The notes under the pieces were generated by a model, which was not told the DNA's origin, ran no database searches, and saw only the letters and a program-made list of their open reading frames with translations. Positions 60,112-64,000 of a stretch of 64,000 bases of DNA are shown here, in pieces. The DNA is from an uncultured delta proteobacterium. Lineage in GTDB: Bacteria; Myxococcota_A; Polyangia; Palsa-1104. Made by a program: the position numbers and the translations under genes. Position 1 is the stretch's first letter. The number at the start of each line of letters is the position of its first letter. Location of the stretch: contig CAWAWS010000020.1 of the NCBI GenBank assembly GCA_963785725.1, positions 224,001 through 288,000 of the forward strand. The letters are read 5' to 3'.

Positions 60112-60386
60112 CCCCTCGACCAGCGCGTCGCACCAAAATCTCGGCCCGCATGTCCGCGGAGGCCGCATCGAGTTGGTGGGCACTCGAAAAGGGGCCAAGC
60201 TCCGAATCAGCAGCGGCCTCGGCGCCGCTTGCGTTCATCGAACCGCCCACACCTCTCGTGGTGCTCGCGCCCATGCGACAATTGGATGAGCCCTTCGGCC
60301 ACCGCCGTCACGACGGGGTTCCTCGAACGCTCAGGTATCGACGACCGGCATCGCCGGCCGGCCTACATTCCAACGAGGAGGAGCGG

Positions 60387-62480
60387 ATGGCGACGCTTGT
60401 ACGGCGTGCGAGCGATTGGCTGAGGGGGCGCCTTCGCGCGTTCGTCGAATGGCCCTGTCAGACCGAGCTGGCGACGCTGCGCGAACAGTGGCGCGAGATC
60501 GAGGCCGTCCTCGACGCCGTCGACGACCAGATCGTGCTCACCGACCCCGACGGCCGCGTGCGCTTCGCCAACCGAGCGCTGGCCGCGGAAGTGTACGAGC
60601 TCACCGGCCTCGAGGCGAACGAGATGGTGGGCAAGCTGCCGACCGAGCTCGGCCTGTCCGACGAGCTTCAGCGCATCATCAACGAGCAGCACGTCAGCGT
60701 CAACGCGACGCGGGCGGCGGTGACGACCGAGGTCGCCGTGCCGCTGCGCAGCGGGCTGCGCTGGCAGGAGCAGAAGGTGAGCCCCGTCTTCCACGACGGA
60801 CGGATGTCGGCGCACGTGATGGTCGGGCGCGACATCGACGAGCGCAAGCGGGCGCAGCGACGGCTGGAGCTGCTCTCCAAAGTGAGCACGCTGGTCGGTA
60901 GCGTCGATCTCGCCGAGCTGCTGCCGGCCATCACGCAGCTGGCGATCCCCGAGCTGGCCGACTGGTCGGTGGTCGACGACTGCGGCGACGGGCTGATGCG
61001 TCGCCTCTACGTGGCGCAGCGCGATCCCGACAAGGCGGCCGTGGCGGCGGCGCTGCAGCGCTTCGCGCCCTGGCCCGAGCGCGACAGCTGGCGGGAGCTG
61101 CTGGCCGGACGTCCGCTGCTCCTGCCCGACGTCACCGACGAGCTATTGCAGATCAACGCCGCCGACTCCGAGCACCTGGCGCTGTTGCGGCAGCTCGGAA
61201 TCCTCTCGGCGCTGGCGGTGCCGCTGCGCGTTCGTGACAAGACGGTCGCGGTGATGACGTTCGCCACCACCGTCGAGTCGGGCCGTCGCTACGGCGCCGA
61301 TGACCTGGCGCTGGCCGAGGAGCTGGCGCGGCGAGCGGCCAGCATCGTCGATCGCGCCCGCTTGCACCGGGAGCTGCAGGCGAGCGAGGCGCGCTTTCGC
61401 ATCGCTCTCGCCGCGGGGCGCGCCACGGTCTTCGAGCAGGACGAGGAGCTGCGCTATCGCTGGCTGCACAACTTCGCCGTCAAAGGCGACTACATCGGCA
61501 AGGGGCACGCCGATATCTTCCACCGCGAAGAGGCCGAGCAGCTCACCGCGCTCAAGCGGCACGTGCTCGACACCGGCGAGCAGCTGCGCACGGAGGTGGT
61601 GCTGACGGTCAACGGCGAACGGCGGGTGTTTCGCGAGGCGATCGATCCGCTGCGCGACGACTGCGGCGCCATCGTCGGCGTCATCGGCGCCGCCACCGAC
61701 ATCACCGACGAGAAGCGGGTGCAGCAGGAGCTGGAGCGCGCGGTCAGCTTTCGCGAGAAGCTCATGGGCATCCTCGGGCACGACTTGCGCAACCCGCTCA
61801 GCGCCGTTCTGGCCGGCGCCGGGCTGTTGCAGCGCCGTCAGGATCTGGCGCCGCCGGCGCGCGCGACCGTCGACCGCATGGTCCGCGCGGCGCAACGAAT
61901 GGCGGAGATGATCCGCACGCTGCTCGATTTCACGCAGGTACGCTTCCACGGCAGCCTGCCGGTCTCGCCGGCGCCGACCGATCTGGCCGAAGTGGCGCAC
62001 GCCATCGTCGACGAGCTGCGCGGCGCCGCGCCGGAGCGCACCATCGACCTGATCGTGCACGGCGACGCGCGCGGCCAATGGGACTCGGCGCGGCTGAGCG
62101 AGGTCCTGTCGAATTTGGTCGGCAACGCGCTCACGCACGGCGCCGCGTCTGAGCGCGTGATCGTCGCGGTCGACGGCAGCGCCGGCGAGGTGTGGCTGCG
62201 CGTGCACAACGGCGGCGCCCCGATCGCGCCCGAGCTGCAGGCCACGCTGTTCGAGCCGTTCCGTCGCGGCGCCGCGGAAGAGGGCGCATCGGCAGCGCCC
62301 GGCTTGGGGCTCGGCTTGTACATCGTGCGGCAGATCGTGCTCGCGCACGGTGGCGCCGTCACCGTCGATTCGACGCCTGCGGAGGGCACGACGTTCATCG
62401 TGCGGCTGCCGCGCGCGCCCAGCGCCGCCAACTCGCTTCCGGCCGCCCTCCGATCGAATGAGAACGAAGTCCCGTTGTAA
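60387..62480 (+). CDS. Cytoplasmic PAS-GAF-PAS sensor histidine kinase
   Basis: PAS (D.DG.V.FAN...DI.ERK), GAF (P.LADW, VPL), H-box GHDLRNPL, NLVGNA, GLGLGLYI, HGG; GAGGAG RBS. Confidence 0.92.
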   Translation: MATLVRRASDWLRGRLRAFVEWPCQTELATLREQWREIEAVLDAVDDQIVLTDPDGRVRFANRALAAEVYELTGLEANEMVGKLPTELGLSDELQRIINEQHVSVNATRAAVTTEVAVPLRSGLRWQEQKVSPVFHDGRMSAHVMVGRDIDERKRAQRRLELLSKVSTLVGSVDLAELLPAITQLAIPELADWSVVDDCGDGLMRRLYVAQRDPDKAAVAAALQRFAPWPERDSWRELLAGRPLLLPDVTDELLQINAADSEHLALLRQLGILSALAVPLRVRDKTVAVMTFATTVESGRRYGADDLALAEELARRAASIVDRARLHRELQASEARFRIALAAGRATVFEQDEELRYRWLHNFAVKGDYIGKGHADIFHREEAEQLTALKRHVLDTGEQLRTEVVLTVNGERRVFREAIDPLRDDCGAIVGVIGAATDITDEKRVQQELERAVSFREKLMGILGHDLRNPLSAVLAGAGLLQRRQDLAPPARATVDRMVRAAQRMAEMIRTLLDFTQVRFHGSLPVSPAPTDLAEVAHAIVDELRGAAPERTIDLIVHGDARGQWDSARLSEVLSNLVGNALTHGAASERVIVAVDGSAGEVWLRVHNGGAPIAPELQATLFEPFRRGAAEEGASAAPGLGLGLYIVRQIVLAHGGAVTVDSTPAEGTTFIVRLPRAPSAANSLPAALRSNENEVPL

Positions 62481-62698
62481 AGAGACTCAGCGGCGATCCA
62501 CGATCGAGAAGCGGCGATCATCGAGCACGCCTGGGCGCGCTGCACCGGCTGATCTCGTGAGGATGAGGCCATATCCGCGAGCTGCGGCCGCGATCGATTC
62601 GGCTGTGCGAGCGCGGTGGCTGAGCACACGCGCCATGTGCCGTAGCGCAAGCGACGCGACGGGTTGACGGTATTGACCGGCGCCAAGTACAAAGAGGC

Positions 62699-63037
62699 AT
62701 GATCGCCCGTCTTTTTTTCGTCTTGTTTCTACCGATCGCCGCGTGCGCGCACGCGCCGGTGCCGACCTCGACCGACGTTGTCAGCATCGTCAAGCGCAAG
62801 GCCTCTTTCGAGCTTGGTTGCGCCGAGGATCGGCTCAAGGTGGTCAGCCTCAACTCCGAACAATTGCTACAGGTCGGTAGCTCCTCTGCCCTGACTGGCG
62901 AATATGGGGTTGAAGGGTGCGGCAAACGGGCAAGTTACAAAGGGTCCTGTACCAACATGAACGGTCAGCAAAGTTGCCAAGCCGACCAGTCCAGCCAGCC
63001 CATTTCGTCGGATCGAGCTCCCGCTCAGCAGCCTTGA
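62699..63037 (+). CDS. Small Cys-containing lipoprotein
   Basis: IAAC lipobox, ASFELGC...GVEGCGKRA.Y..C; AGAGG RBS; lower GC. Confidence 0.6.
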   Translation: MIARLFFVLFLPIAACAHAPVPTSTDVVSIVKRKASFELGCAEDRLKVVSLNSEQLLQVGSSSALTGEYGVEGCGKRASYKGSCTNMNGQQSCQADQSSQPISSDRAPAQQP

Positions 63038-63299
63038 GGTAAGCATTCACCGACGATAGCTGTTGGTTCCTGTCGCCCGGCCCGATTGCGCCCGCTGCGG
63101 CGAGGCCGCGATCGAGTGCCGCTTGCGGTGGCACGGCGTCGGGAAACGCGCTCATGTCGACGGCTGGCTGTCCTCGGCAATACGCGCCGCGAAGTGGCCG
63201 CAATGCCGCCTGCGCGATTGGGTGTCAGCGCGAGCGACCGTTCAAGACGAGATGGGCGGCAAGCGCGACGACGAATCCATTAGACGAACGTCTCCGGCC

Positions 63300-63749
63300 C
63301 TAACCGTATTTGAAGTCCGGTTTGCTTTGTCCAACCTCGATGATGTAACCGTCGGGATCGCGGATGTAGCAGCGCCACTCGCCGTACTTATCGAGTGGCT
63401 CCGTGATGAACTCCGCGCCGCGACTTCTCCATAGCTTGTAGCAAGCTTGAATATCCGCGACTCGGAAGTTCAAGAAGCTGCTGAGGTGAGTCGGGTCGGG
63501 GACGCTGAGTGTCACCGTCGGCTTGTCCGGTGTCGGCCCGCCCCCGACGTTCAAGATCATCCAGATATTCGCGAGCTGGAGATATCCAGGCGCATTGCCG
63601 TCGCCTAGGCTCAGCACGCGAGCGCCGAACACCTTCTCGTAATAGCGCGCCGATCGTTCGATGTCGGCCACGCTAAGAAAATGCGCGATGCTAATCCCCT
63701 GGCGCGGGGGCATCTCATAGCTCTTCTGATCGATCTCGACGCCGCTCAT
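63300..63749 (-). CDS. VOC/glyoxalase family protein
   Basis: HFL.VAD.ERS..YY..VFG, NFRVADI, RCYIRDPDGYIIEVGQ; GGAGG RBS. Confidence 0.88.
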   Translation of the reverse strand: MSGVEIDQKSYEMPPRQGISIAHFLSVADIERSARYYEKVFGARVLSLGDGNAPGYLQLANIWMILNVGGGPTPDKPTVTLSVPDPTHLSSFLNFRVADIQACYKLWRSRGAEFITEPLDKYGEWRCYIRDPDGYIIEVGQSKPDFKYG

Positions 63750-64000
63750 TGACGACCTCCAATTCGATATCGAGCCCGTTCGCTGATTAAACACGCCCGA
63801 CGGCCGCGCAAGGAGCACCTCGGCGAATCAGTCGGAGGACGTCGGCCGCGCGCGTCGTGGGGTCACGTCGAGGTCGACAAGGCGCACACGGGCGCGTGCG
63901 CGACCGAGTTGCGGTTCACGGGTACGAGTTGCGCGACCACCGCCGACTGCCGACACACCTACGGCGCCGACTCGTTGTGCATCGACCCAGGCAGGACGAT

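Noticed and set aside
59739..60386. N-terminal 216-aa extension of the histidine kinase
   Set aside because: Arg-rich shadow overlapping the lipoprotein gene; a GAGGAG RBS supports the ATG at 60387.
63780..64000. Cys-rich peptide fragment (SCATTADCRHTYGADSLCIDP) at the window end
   Set aside because: No clear start and truncated by the window edge; cannot be called as a CDS.

Overview
A very GC-rich, gene-dense 64 kb bacterial chromosomal segment of about 58 CDSs. Gene styles (PEGA-type Ser/Thr kinase, TonB-fused receptor, Cys-rich lipoproteins) suggest Myxococcota/Polyangia; this is an inference. I found no rRNA, intact tRNA, CRISPR array, integrase or transposase. Main blocks: (1) 0-8 kb, a lipid module with a desaturase, a GT-C-like membrane protein, an unusual AttH/CrtC-like + polyprenyl-diphosphate synthase fusion, a flippase-like protein, GtrA and a Gfo/Idh/MocA oxidoreductase; (2) 8-26 kb, aidB, an orphan SLATT-like protein, an Asp-less NarL regulator divergent from a receptor-like pseudokinase, ClC and DAACS transporters and a kinase; (3) 26-37 kb, DNA repair (DUF72-Ku-MerR/TPR, ogt, ada-alkA, PolX-PHP, no ligD) with several different paired operator-like palindromes in its intergenic gaps; (4) 37-57 kb, MarR, M28 peptidase, LysR/SDR, TonB receptor, acnA, MATE, ABC exporter, YfhO-like protein; (5) 57-64 kb, a more heterogeneous accessory tail. 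aidB, acnA, the btuF-like gene and the ABC exporter carry single-base frameshifts that look like assembly errors. Best candidates for undescribed biology: the AttH-GGPPS fusion module, the LigD-less Ku cluster, the pseudokinase/pseudo-receiver pair, a MarR-ClC shared operator across 15 kb, and the operator-like palindrome doublets. All family assignments come from motif recognition by eye, not database searches.
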